Source: an uncultured archaeon (lineage in GTDB: Archaea > Aenigmatarchaeota > Aenigmatarchaeia > Aenigmatarchaeales > JAHLMS01). From it: a DNA stretch of 64,000 bases. Positions 55,265-64,000 of the stretch are shown here, piece by piece. The notes beneath the pieces are model-generated. The model did no database searches and had not been told where the DNA came from. It saw only the letters and a program-made list of their open reading frames with translations. Numbering within the stretch: position 1 is the stretch's first letter; each line of letters begins with the position of its first letter. Location: the NCBI GenBank assembly GCA_964353775.1, contig CAYGWB010000002.1:5185-69184 (forward strand), given 5' to 3'. A program made the position numbers and the translations under genes.

Positions 55265-55756
55265 TTAGCGTCCGAGCATGTCGTAGACACCCTTGTAGCC
55301 CTTGAGGGCTAGTTCGCTGGTGTCTTTGACCAGCTCGATTGTCACGGAGCCGGCATCATAGAGCTCGTTAACCTTTGCGGTGAAGTTGGCTGCTTCGTAC
55401 AGCTCCTTGAATGTGTCCGAGCTCATTGCCATTTTTATGTCAGGTTCCGCTGTCTGGCCTAGCTCCGTTGTCGGAACGTTGTTGATCGTCCTTACCGTAA
55501 AGAAGATGTTCGAGTCCGTAAGAAAGACCAGGAAGACCGGCGGGTTGCCTGACATGTCAGGGTGCAACATGTATGCGCCCAGTTCGTTGGACAGCCAGTT
55601 AACGTTCGCCGTTTCTATGTTCTCGCCGAGCGCAGGCTTTGCTATGTCCGGCTTCGTGACAAATGCCGGCGAGATTATCGTGAAGTAGAAGAGGACGACT
55701 GCGATGACGGCTATCGCTATTATCGCCAACGCGATGTGCTTGGTCTTCATAGCCAA
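55265..55756 (-). CDS. Membrane-anchored protein, SCP2-like C-terminus
   Basis: N-terminal TM; 'PDIKMAMSSDTF.EL......Y..G.V.I'. Confidence 0.65.
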   Translation of the reverse strand: MAMKTKHIALAIIAIAVIAVVLFYFTIISPAFVTKPDIAKPALGENIETANVNWLSNELGAYMLHPDMSGNPPVFLVFLTDSNIFFTVRTINNVPTTELGQTAEPDIKMAMSSDTFKELYEAANFTAKVNELYDAGSVTIELVKDTSELALKGYKGVYDMLGR

Positions 55757-55828
55757 GATATGCGTTAGCTATTATAAAAAAGTGCGGTTTATTGACGGAT
55801 TTAAAACCTTTTCTATCAAAGTCTTATT

Positions 55829-56830
55829 ATGGCGTCTGACGTAATGTACATGCCGGCCTCCGAGGAAGCAGAGACAATATTCTGGCCGCGCAAGGTCATA
55901 ACAATAGATGCGGGCGCGTTTTATTCCAACCTGTATGACGGATATGCGATCACGCCTGAACTGGAAGATTATCTGAACGATATACGCATACCGCATCCCA
56001 ACGACAGACACCGGGATTTAACTCAGTACGCACGTCTGGCCGAACGCAATGGGGCGTTAAAGGGTGATTGGGGACCGAACGTCATAGACAGAGTAATGAT
56101 CCCTTACTTTACTAACCAGGACGGGATTGTTTTGGACGTGAGGGGCGTGACAACGTGGAAGCTCGCCACCCTTGCACGACCGGAGCACAACAAAATATCA
56201 AAACAGCTAATAGAGAGCAGGGACAAGGGCGATTACTACAGCCTTGTCGATCACACCGTAGGCGTATATGCGATCGTTCTGACAAGCGACGACAGGCTCG
56301 TTTACGGGGTGAAGGGCAAAGGAAAGCAGTTCGGCGGACCCGGCGAGCATACGCTGGTCGCCGGAATGGGCGACCGCGGCACGATGTCCAACATGGCCCT
56401 GCACGAGATAAAGGACGAACTTGGTCTTACGGAAGACGACTTCCACTTCCTGAACCACGAGAAAAGACCGGTGGGCTGGAAAGAATACGCCGGTGGATCG
56501 GATGACAAGGAATCGAAGAAGTGGAAGATGCTGATGGCGAACAACATACCTCCGTTCATGGTATTCGACAAACCGATGAGCAACAACCCGATGGCCGTTT
56601 TCATAGCCCGAACTGAGCTCAGCTGGATGAAGCTGGAGCTGGAACTGAAAAAGAGGCGCGATAAAAGCAACCCGGACGGCGCAGTTGACGCATGGGAGCA
56701 CGAGTACTTGTCGTCGATCGAAGCGACGCCTGAAAATATCCGCGAGGCCGTCAAGGAAAACTGGCCTAAGTCCCAGGCAAAGGTTCTCGGTATTTTTGCA
56801 GACTATATCGAAGGCAAGAAGCTGTCTTAA
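55829..56830 (+). CDS. Divergent NUDIX-fold protein
   Basis: 'GVYAIVLTSD', degenerate Nudix box 'AGMGD...ALHEIKDELGL'. Confidence 0.6.
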   Translation: MASDVMYMPASEEAETIFWPRKVITIDAGAFYSNLYDGYAITPELEDYLNDIRIPHPNDRHRDLTQYARLAERNGALKGDWGPNVIDRVMIPYFTNQDGIVLDVRGVTTWKLATLARPEHNKISKQLIESRDKGDYYSLVDHTVGVYAIVLTSDDRLVYGVKGKGKQFGGPGEHTLVAGMGDRGTMSNMALHEIKDELGLTEDDFHFLNHEKRPVGWKEYAGGSDDKESKKWKMLMANNIPPFMVFDKPMSNNPMAVFIARTELSWMKLELELKKRRDKSNPDGAVDAWEHEYLSSIEATPENIREAVKENWPKSQAKVLGIFADYIEGKKLS

Positions 56831-56884
56831 CTTTTTTCTGAGCTGAAGCGTAAAAATATAAGCGGGCTAAGCGAATCAATCGGC

Positions 56885-57361
56885 ATGCGGAAGTCTAAGA
56901 TCAACTGGTTCAAGCTGATAATTTCTATCGCGATATGCCAGATGGCCGGCGTGGTCGGGTCGCTGGCTACGATGCCGTCGATCGGCACGTGGTATGCGAC
57001 GCTTGCGAAGCCGTGGTGGACCCCGCCGAACTGGCTGTTCGGACCGGTATGGATAACGCTGTTCACGCTGATGGGCATATCGCTCTATCTGGTCTGGTTC
57101 GAGGCCGGGCGGAAGAAGGAGCTCCCGTTCTTTCCTTTACAGCTCGGGCTCAACATCATGTGGTCGTACATGTTCTTCGGCCTGCACAGGCCGGACGCGG
57201 CGTTCAAGGTGATAATCTTCCTCTGGCTGGCGATACTCGGGAACATATACGTGTTCTACAAAGTGGACAAACGGGCCGGGTATTTACTGGTTCCGTATAT
57301 CGTCTGGGTCACGATAGCGGCTGCCCTGAACTATTCGGTGTGGATGCTGAACCTGGTTTGA
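56885..57361 (+). CDS. tspO: TspO/MBR tryptophan-rich sensory protein
   Basis: 'WYATLAKPWWTPPNWLFGPVW', 'LN..WS..FFG', 'LLVPY..W...A..LN'. Confidence 0.95.
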   Translation: MRKSKINWFKLIISIAICQMAGVVGSLATMPSIGTWYATLAKPWWTPPNWLFGPVWITLFTLMGISLYLVWFEAGRKKELPFFPLQLGLNIMWSYMFFGLHRPDAAFKVIIFLWLAILGNIYVFYKVDKRAGYLLVPYIVWVTIAAALNYSVWMLNLV

Positions 57362-58283
57362 AACTTTGACAAATTTCATCTGTCTGGTCAAATTTCTTTA
57401 AAAAGATAAGAATCGCAGATAACATCGGCAAGTTGATCAAATGTTATTTGCCGCATTGCATATTTGTTAAAAGCCTTCAGATCATTATTTCTCATGTTTA
57501 CCAGGTTTAAAGTTTCTATTTCTGTTAAACATAGGTCCTTTTCGCCGGTATCCATGTCGTCACAAACAATATCTGTATGTTTCATGGCAATTTTCCAGCA
57601 AGAATAGTCAGCTATTTTTTCGTCAAATAACGTTTCATACTTAACATCATACCGTTCTTTCAAGGGTTCGATAGCATCCAGATGTGCAATACCCATCTGA
57701 ACAACAGAATAGGCATAATTGTTTTTGACTATTTCCTCATCAATACGCTTTGCCATAAGAGTACTTCTTTCCCTTGCACAATCGTAGCTCTTCTTATAAA
57801 ATACTAGCAACGCGTCTACTTCTTTTCTGATAGCATTCATGTCGTTCTTCTCGACTCCATACTTCATCAGAACCTTATGAGTTAATAGTGAGAATGCTGT
57901 GCTTTCGCTTTTTCTATTCAGTTCTAACTGTTCGGCTACTTTTTTATCGTCATCTATAAAAATAACATCCAGACCCTTTTTCTTTGCGTTGCAATAACTG
58001 GTTTTGAAGAAACTTGGTATGTTCTCTTTGGTAGTATCGTCGTTATATACCAAACCGAGTTTTACACCGCGTTTTGCCAAGTCATTTTCGGTTCTCGCGA
58101 AATCAGGGTTTAATTCCAAGAAGTAAGCATCATACTTGTTTCTGATAATATCAAGCGCCACAATATTATCAAGAGCAGCCGAATGCGGTATAGCAAAAAT
58201 ATTTACTTCTGCCATATTTTTATTTGGGCAATAATCTTTAAATATACCTCTAAAAAGTGATAAACCTAGTGTGGATGCTGAAC
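57338..58283 (+). repeat. 15-bp direct repeat GTGTGGATGCTGAAC at 57338-57352 and 58269-58283
   Basis: Exact match; first copy lies in the tspO 3' end, and the pair flanks the AT-rich gene 57388-58215. Confidence 0.85.
57388..58215 (-). CDS. Hypothetical AT-rich protein, weak TraB/GumN-like motifs
   Basis: 'FLE', 'R...MA..I', 'VVQMGIAHL'. Confidence 0.6.
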   Translation of the reverse strand: MAEVNIFAIPHSAALDNIVALDIIRNKYDAYFLELNPDFARTENDLAKRGVKLGLVYNDDTTKENIPSFFKTSYCNAKKKGLDVIFIDDDKKVAEQLELNRKSESTAFSLLTHKVLMKYGVEKNDMNAIRKEVDALLVFYKKSYDCARERSTLMAKRIDEEIVKNNYAYSVVQMGIAHLDAIEPLKERYDVKYETLFDEKIADYSCWKIAMKHTDIVCDDMDTGEKDLCLTEIETLNLVNMRNNDLKAFNKYAMRQITFDQLADVICDSYLFKEI

Positions 58284-58290
58284 GTTTAGT

Positions 58291-59640
58291 TCATGTATGA
58301 TATTTTTTCATGCGAAAGGGTAGACCAGGTAAAGAAATTATCTCTAACGCATCGCCTTTCATCCTTTTCCATTCGCTGTCTATGTGCTGAAAGTGTTCCT
58401 TGTTTATATATTCGACATCAAGCCTGAACTCTTTCATCTGCTCATCATAGGCTTCCTGGTTCTTGATGTGAGTCTCGTAATAAGTGACCTCATCCGTTTT
58501 AGAATCGCGCACCTTTCCGTGGGAGGCAAAAGCATAGCCGGGTTCTAACTCGTGCTTCGCTTCAAGGTTCTTTCGCCTCAACAGATAGTATTTGATATCA
58601 CCGAGCAGGTTTACCCAGTCGGTCCAGCAGTTGTAGTCATCGTCGCTGCGCATCCAAAGCTTGTTCTCCGGCTCCTTCAGGTATTCGCCCTTCTCGTAAT
58701 CCCAGACTCCGACATATTCCGCCTCCAACACCTCGCATAACATGTCGGCCGTCCTCACGCCACGGTCGGTCCAGAGGCCTCGCATCTGCCTGGGTAGATA
58801 TGGGGGGAAAGGTCCGAGGAATTCCCGATCATCCCTGATCATCTGGTCCGTGACCAGTGTCTCGTACCTTATACTTCCTTCGGATTCATCTATCTTTACA
58901 AGCAAGTTGTCCGGGTTCGGATCCGTCAGTGTCACCATCACGGGCGTCCTGGAGCCGCATATGTCATAGATGCAGCTCTTGTACTTGTCCAATATTTCGG
59001 CGAGCCTGTCAACCTCTTTCGGCGGCGGCAGGAAGTCCCTCGACCAGACCATTTCCGGATGCGTTTCCTCGTAGCCCGGATAGAACGACCTTATCTGTTT
59101 GATGTATCTTTCGCATTTTGCAACCTGGGTAACCAGGAAGTCCCTGGCGATACCCTCCCTCTCTTCATTGGTATTCAGCATTATGTTGAGTATGTTCTTT
59201 TTATGCGCCTTGAGTTCTGGATGCCTGGCCTGGTAGGTCTCTATGGGCCTGCGGACCCCGAAAAAATCGAGGACCAGCGCGTTGTAGAGTTCCTCTTGTT
59301 CTGGTGTGGCGCTCTTGAAGAGCTTGAGCCAGTCGTGGTCTATGTATTCGTGCATGGTCCAAAAACTGTATACCCTTTCCACCTTGTACTTCATCTTCTT
59401 GTCGCCTTTGGAGACCGTGACGTCGTAGAATTCCTGGCCGGCCCTGTCCATCCTGCGTCTGTTCCACATTTCCATGTCCAGCTCCACCATGATCGAGCTC
59501 TTATCGGAAGTTATTTCGCACTGTTTGTTGTTCTCGTTGACGGTGTTGTTCATGATGAGCGAGATTGCACAGTCGCACAGATCCGACCACTCGCCTAAGG
59601 AGCCTTCCTTCACATACCAGTTTTTCGTTGCTTTTGACAT
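58291..59640 (-). CDS. Hypothetical protein with a kinase/APH-like catalytic-loop motif
   Basis: 449-aa ORF; 'LTDPNPDNLLV' followed by 'LVTD'. Confidence 0.6.
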   Translation of the reverse strand: MSKATKNWYVKEGSLGEWSDLCDCAISLIMNNTVNENNKQCEITSDKSSIMVELDMEMWNRRRMDRAGQEFYDVTVSKGDKKMKYKVERVYSFWTMHEYIDHDWLKLFKSATPEQEELYNALVLDFFGVRRPIETYQARHPELKAHKKNILNIMLNTNEEREGIARDFLVTQVAKCERYIKQIRSFYPGYEETHPEMVWSRDFLPPPKEVDRLAEILDKYKSCIYDICGSRTPVMVTLTDPNPDNLLVKIDESEGSIRYETLVTDQMIRDDREFLGPFPPYLPRQMRGLWTDRGVRTADMLCEVLEAEYVGVWDYEKGEYLKEPENKLWMRSDDDYNCWTDWVNLLGDIKYYLLRRKNLEAKHELEPGYAFASHGKVRDSKTDEVTYYETHIKNQEAYDEQMKEFRLDVEYINKEHFQHIDSEWKRMKGDALEIISLPGLPFRMKKYHT

Positions 59641-59725
59641 AACAATAAAGAAAAATTGAACAACAAACTTTATATCCTTGAATATAGCTACCGCTAAAGA
59701 AGTCAGTAAATCTTTTCAGAATTTA

Positions 59726-59899
59726 CTAGAAGCTTCTCTTTTTTGCGAAACAATCTCTGCAAAAGACGGGTCTATCTCCGGATGGCTTGAAAGGAACTTC
59801 GCATTCCTGCTTGCATTCTGCACAGACAGCCTTATGCATTTCCCTGGGTCCACGGTCAAAGCTTCTGCCGCCGCCGAAACGTCTTTCTCCGAATGGCAT
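59726..59899 (-). CDS. CxxC-x17-CxxC domain protein, copy 2, absent from the ORF track
   Basis: MPFGERRFGGGRSFDRGPREMHKAVCAECKQECEVPFKPSGDRPVFCRDCFAKKRSF*; close paralog of 44200-44373. Confidence 0.92.
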   Translation of the reverse strand: MPFGERRFGGGRSFDRGPREMHKAVCAECKQECEVPFKPSGDRPVFCRDCFAKKRSF

Positions 59900-60004
59900 A
59901 TTTTTTTCCTCCTGCTTTTAGTTGCTTCATAATGTTTATAAAGGCGTTTGATGGGGGCGTATTTTCACGGCCTTCAGTGGTGAATTTTCTGATATTTGTG
60001 TCCG

Positions 60005-60049
60005 ATCGCTGCCGCGCTTAACTATAGCATGTGTATGCTGAACCTTTGA
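60005..60049 (+). pseudogene. Diverged remnant of the tspO C-terminus (IAAALNYSMCMLNL*)
   Basis: Aligns without gaps to the TspO end IAAALNYSVWMLNLV*. Confidence 0.7.
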
Positions 60050-60119
60050 TTCGGTCGTACCGCTGAAAATACGATAGTTTTCACTCTACTTGGCGGGTTA
60101 AACAGTTAAGTATAAATGC

Positions 60120-60329
60120 TTGAAAAAACCAGTTTGGAGCATGAGAAAATTAGATACAGAAGAGATGCCGCCAATCGGTTCTATCTCTCTGGGCCAACGA
60201 GCACTGCCGGAGAACCGCGCCGCTGACTATGCGCCTTTCGGGGCGAACGGTTATCGCGTAGTTCCCAACGAGTTCGAAGGTTCGGATAGAAATACCGTAG
60301 TGGTTGCATACTACAAGTTCCCAGAGTAG
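60120..60329 (+). CDS. Small hypothetical protein (start may be ATG 60140)
   Basis: ORF with TATAAA upstream. Confidence 0.45.
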   Translation: MKKPVWSMRKLDTEEMPPIGSISLGQRALPENRAADYAPFGANGYRVVPNEFEGSDRNTVVVAYYKFPE

Positions 60330-60430
60330 ATCCCTTTCTGCGCCGTTATTTTAACAGCGCTTTCTTAGCAGCGCGAGCAATCTACGGTTTTCGCCGTGCT
60401 TAAATTCTTTTGTAATCATTATTTTTAATA

Positions 60431-61669
60431 ATGACAGCTTTTAGCAAGGAGTTCATAAGAAAGGCCGATGAGGAGGCCGAAAGGATAATTCGGGAATACG
60501 AAGAGGGGGAACGACGATATCAAGAAACCGCCCGGAGACGCCAGAACCTGAGCAGCAACGACGTCCTCAGCGTCGGTTATTGCCTAGGCAGGTATCTTGG
60601 CGAACATAAGAACTGGCTTGGCAACTCGCCTTATTGCTATGAGATGAGGAAGGACAATGAGAAGCTCAAAGTGACGTACAGGAACTTTCCTGAGGTAGGT
60701 TACAACCTGTTCATCCAACTCTTTCAAAGAAACCGGCAGGAATGGATTGAAGTTTCCACCCGCACATTTGGCAGTCCGGTCGCGTATCTGAGCGAGGCCG
60801 GAAACCCGGACAATATGGAAGGCCGGTTGATAGACGTCTTCATACTGAAGAACTTCAACGAAATCAAGGACAGAATATGCAAGAACGCCGATTATGTCTA
60901 TAACACCTTCTTGATACCCAAATATTTTGATCGCTTGAAAGAGGTGGGAAAGCTAGACCCTTCAACGATTCCACTTACGGCAGGAGAAGTGAAGGAGCTG
61001 GATAGGCGGCTTGGTGTCATATATTCGAGCGACAAGCTGTTGGGAATAAAGAACGATCTGGCGAGAAAGCTGATACAAAAGCTCGAGAAAAGAGGCTCGG
61101 CGAGGCAAAAATGCAAAAGAGGGATGACGACATCTGACCTCGGAAGCATAGGGCATTCCAGACTTTCCGAAAAGGACGCAGAAGAAAGCGACAGCATAGC
61201 CGGCTTCAGGAAGGACCTTCCTCATGGCACAAGATCCATATGGGAAGCAAATTATGCGAGGGCTCTCATTTATGACGGAATAGACTACCGGTATGAGCCA
61301 GAGTCCTTCGAACTTGATGTGTCTGGAGAGTCTAGAAATCTGTTCAAAAAGGATAAAATAACTTATGTTCCGGACTTCATGATCAGGGATACGAATCATT
61401 TCGTCGAAGTGAAGGGGTTTGAAAACGCGATTTCGACCGCAAAAATTGCTCTGCTGCGGTCCCAATTTCCGGAAATAGATGTCAGGGTAGTCGGGCGGGC
61501 AGAATATGACGAACTGACCAAGCAGTACGAAGATACTATAAACAATGATACGAGATTCTGCGGATGGGAAAATGGTAACAGAACGACGGGAAACAATCTG
61601 TTCACAAACACTGAAAAGTTCAGAAAGATACAGGAAGAAAAAGGGAAAGGCCGGTGCCTTGATGAGTAG
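60431..61669 (+). CDS. Protein with C-terminal PD-(D/E)xK endonuclease domain
   Basis: 'RSIWEANYAR...YEPESF...YVPDF....FVEVKG'. Confidence 0.8.
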   Translation: MTAFSKEFIRKADEEAERIIREYEEGERRYQETARRRQNLSSNDVLSVGYCLGRYLGEHKNWLGNSPYCYEMRKDNEKLKVTYRNFPEVGYNLFIQLFQRNRQEWIEVSTRTFGSPVAYLSEAGNPDNMEGRLIDVFILKNFNEIKDRICKNADYVYNTFLIPKYFDRLKEVGKLDPSTIPLTAGEVKELDRRLGVIYSSDKLLGIKNDLARKLIQKLEKRGSARQKCKRGMTTSDLGSIGHSRLSEKDAEESDSIAGFRKDLPHGTRSIWEANYARALIYDGIDYRYEPESFELDVSGESRNLFKKDKITYVPDFMIRDTNHFVEVKGFENAISTAKIALLRSQFPEIDVRVVGRAEYDELTKQYEDTINNDTRFCGWENGNRTTGNNLFTNTEKFRKIQEEKGKGRCLDE

Positions 61670-61780
61670 CAGTTTTATCTCTTACTTACGTCATTCTTAG
61701 CGTATGCTCGACTTCGACAACATGATAGCCAAGCACCTGGAGCAGGAGCCGCATCCGAAGGGCGTCGGGCGGTAATAATT

Positions 61781-62287
61781 ATGAGTTCAGGACAAGCACG
61801 GTATTCGATAAGTAGCGCGAGGCGGCAGAAACGGGTAGAATACACTAAACTCTTCATGACATTCAGCTATAAAGATCCAACACGCATAGCGGTCTTTTTC
61901 GGCGTCAGTACGTCGACTGCTGAACAGTATATGCGAGAAGCAAGATATATTGAAATACCTGATGATTTAAAACAGAAAATTAGTCAGAAAATGAAAGAAA
62001 ATAAAATAGATGCGTTCGAAGCAATCGCACAACATTATAATCGCGGTTGTTTTATAGCAACTGCGGCTTATGGCACTCCCTTTAGCGAGGAAATAAAAAT
62101 TTTGAAATTGTTTAGAGACAGAACACTATCGAAATTTGTTCTTGGTCAAATCTTTATTGATACTTATTATTTGTATAGTCCTAAAATAGCGAAATTTATT
62201 GCCAAGTCCGGCTTCAGAAGATGGCTCGTCAGGTTTGCACTAAATCCTGCCGTGTTCTTTATTAAGTTATTTATGTTTCCCAAATAA
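61781..62287 (+). CDS. CFI-box-CTERM domain protein with HTH-like N-terminus
   Basis: 'GCFIATAAYGTP...L..FRD..L....G..F...YY..SP.IA'; 'IAVFFGVSTSTAEQY'. Confidence 0.8.
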   Translation: MSSGQARYSISSARRQKRVEYTKLFMTFSYKDPTRIAVFFGVSTSTAEQYMREARYIEIPDDLKQKISQKMKENKIDAFEAIAQHYNRGCFIATAAYGTPFSEEIKILKLFRDRTLSKFVLGQIFIDTYYLYSPKIAKFIAKSGFRRWLVRFALNPAVFFIKLFMFPK

Positions 62288-62299
62288 AAATTCTATTTA

Positions 62300-62686
62300 T
62301 CATCTTCTGTATAAAGCTGCTGTAAGTATTAATCCAAATATTATGTAGTATATCATACACAAAATAAGATCAATTGACGCTAATTGTGGTGGATTAGAAC
62401 CAATTAGACTGATCGCAAAGTTATAAATCACGACGCCGATAAACGAAAAGGAAATTAACACTGAGATAAATAATAAAAATGAGTTAAACTTTTTCATTTT
62501 TGGTTCTTTTAAATAAATAAAATACATTACAGACATCAGAAGAAAAAACATAAAAAGCCAAATTAAGTCTTTAGGCAAATTAAACGCGGCTAAAATAGAA
62601 CCCATAATTAATAGGATTTCGATCAATTTTTCTTTTCTTGAGTCATCTAAAATAGGAATAGTTTTTCTAATTATATTCTTACACAT
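62300..62686 (-). CDS. Four-TM membrane protein
   Basis: Four hydrophobic segments; AT-rich. Confidence 0.65.
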   Translation of the reverse strand: MCKNIIRKTIPILDDSRKEKLIEILLIMGSILAAFNLPKDLIWLFMFFLLMSVMYFIYLKEPKMKKFNSFLLFISVLISFSFIGVVIYNFAISLIGSNPPQLASIDLILCMIYYIIFGLILTAALYRR

Positions 62687-62698
62687 CGGTCATCACTT

Positions 62699-63337
62699 CT
62701 ATGCACATTTTTGAACAATTCTATATTTTGTTACGGTTCTGTATGCAGTCTTTGTTGGGGGTGTGACTTGATGTGTACCGCTGACCTGCTCGCCCATATC
62801 AGTATTGAAAATAGCCTCAAACGTTTCTGTTGAATGGGCGTTGATGTATGCTGTCTTTGAATCCATCAAAGTGCCATGATTGCTGGTACTGAGTGCATAA
62901 TTTACAACGAAAGAGCCTCCTGCATCATCGCCGTTTGAAACTATCACTTTGTATCTTTGAAAGAATCCTAATTGTGTATTCCAATCTTCAGTGATCGTAG
63001 AACTAATTATTGAATAGCTTAAAGGTTCTTGATACGCTTCTTGTTCGGTATACGGTTCTTGAATATTTTGACATTGCTGTCCTGGTATAACCCCACCTTG
63101 GCTGCCAGATAAACTAATTAATAATATGCCAATGATGATCACTACACCTATAGCTAAAAATGTAGCATATTTTTTCATATTCAATTGAGGTTTAGCTTCT
63201 GCTTTAGGTGATTTTACAGTTTTAATTTTTGGCTTCTTCTCAACAGTCATAATCATCTTAATTAGTTTCCCGCCACATTCCTCGCAGAAATTTTTATTTT
63301 CTGTATATTCTTTCTTACATTTCTTACAATATTTCAT
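62699..63337 (-). CDS. Zinc-ribbon + single-TM protein with beta-rich external domain
   Basis: 'YCKKC...FCEECG', TM helix, Ig-like 'VSNGDDAGGSFVV'. Confidence 0.75.
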   Translation of the reverse strand: MKYCKKCKKEYTENKNFCEECGGKLIKMIMTVEKKPKIKTVKSPKAEAKPQLNMKKYATFLAIGVVIIIGILLISLSGSQGGVIPGQQCQNIQEPYTEQEAYQEPLSYSIISSTITEDWNTQLGFFQRYKVIVSNGDDAGGSFVVNYALSTSNHGTLMDSKTAYINAHSTETFEAIFNTDMGEQVSGTHQVTPPTKTAYRTVTKYRIVQKCA

Positions 63338-63975
63338 ATCCTTTTACCACACTTCGGGCAAAATTTGCCCTTGGTTTTCGCTCCGCAATTATCACAGAAC
63401 TTTGTCTTCGAATCCACTTTTTTAATTACTTTATGTTTCTTGCTTTTTATCTCGGGTGGCTCAGATATTTCAACTTTGCTTATTACAGACTCTCCTACTA
63501 ATTTTCTTCTATGAAATTCAATTTGAGTTCTCCATATATCGCGATTGTCAAGATGAATAATAATTTTTGGATTTGTTCTAAAGAATTTCCAAAAACCTTT
63601 TTTTATATCAAATTCTATAACCAACTGACTTTTCTTAACACTGAGTAATCCGGAAGGTGTCTCGACCTTCTTCACGGCTTCTAACGGCAAATCCATCCAT
63701 GTCATTACCATAGCTGTAGAGCTCTTTTTGGGCTGGCCATAAAGTAAACTCTCCCAGAAACTCTGAGCTTCCTTATTCAATTTTTTCCAATCCATGATTT
63801 TTGCAATAAGAAATAATATCCTTTGATTCGTGAGATAAATTTTAGCATCAAATGAGTCTGTTCCAAAAACATTACTCCCGCCTTCTATTGTAACAAAATC
63901 AGGGGTCTCGGCAACAACTTCTTCATAATCTCTAATTTCTTTAAAAACACCTATAATTTTTGGCATACCGGTCAT
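63334..63975 (-). CDS. PH/GRAM-like domain + C-terminal zinc-ribbon protein
   Basis: 'KIYLTNQRILF', 'FCDNCG....KFCPKCG'. Confidence 0.75.
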   Translation of the reverse strand: MTGMPKIIGVFKEIRDYEEVVAETPDFVTIEGGSNVFGTDSFDAKIYLTNQRILFLIAKIMDWKKLNKEAQSFWESLLYGQPKKSSTAMVMTWMDLPLEAVKKVETPSGLLSVKKSQLVIEFDIKKGFWKFFRTNPKIIIHLDNRDIWRTQIEFHRRKLVGESVISKVEISEPPEIKSKKHKVIKKVDSKTKFCDNCGAKTKGKFCPKCGKRI

Positions 63976-64000
63976 ATAACTCTTGTATTGATGTGTCTTA

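Noticed and set aside
1..64000. CRISPR array, rRNA, integrase or transposase
   Set aside because: No regularly spaced repeats, rRNA signatures or recombinase motifs found by eye

Overview
Archaeal chromosome segment. Compact genes, TATA-box promoters with mostly leaderless starts, GGAGGTGA RBS and archaeal-type aaRS, Spt5, SecE and EndA suggest a DPANN-like lineage, but that assignment is inference. Core content: top6A (partial), two tandem tRNA-splicing endonuclease subunits, a CBS+HPF-like protein, glyS, trpS, pheST, leuS, alaS, minD, ftsZ-secE-spt5-rpl11 and rpl1-rpl10-rpl12, pyrH, two class II RNRs with cobO, nrdR and NrdR boxes, purB and a purS-L-Q-N-M-guaA block. There are three standard tRNAs (Phe, Trp, Gln) and one anomalous 129-nt tRNA-like gene. 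Best candidate novel systems: (1) a tryptophan-sensing locus at 6.7-8.6 kb, where a short uORF has a prfB-like CUU-UGG +1 shift site leading into a winged-helix ORF that reads through tRNA-Trp and precedes a TrpRS with no Trp residue; (2) a minimal azole-RiPP cluster (C39-like peptidase, YcaO, SagB-type oxidase, unannotated 57-aa NCxG-repeat precursor); (3) the tRNA-like RNA with a 68-nt anticodon arm; (4) a 49-aa microprotein resembling the AlaRS coiled-coil segment; (5) repeated copies of the tspO 3' end bracketing accessory genes; (6) a duplicated CxxC-x17-CxxC gene with a conserved 3'-UTR structure. No rRNA, CRISPR array, integrase or transposase was seen.
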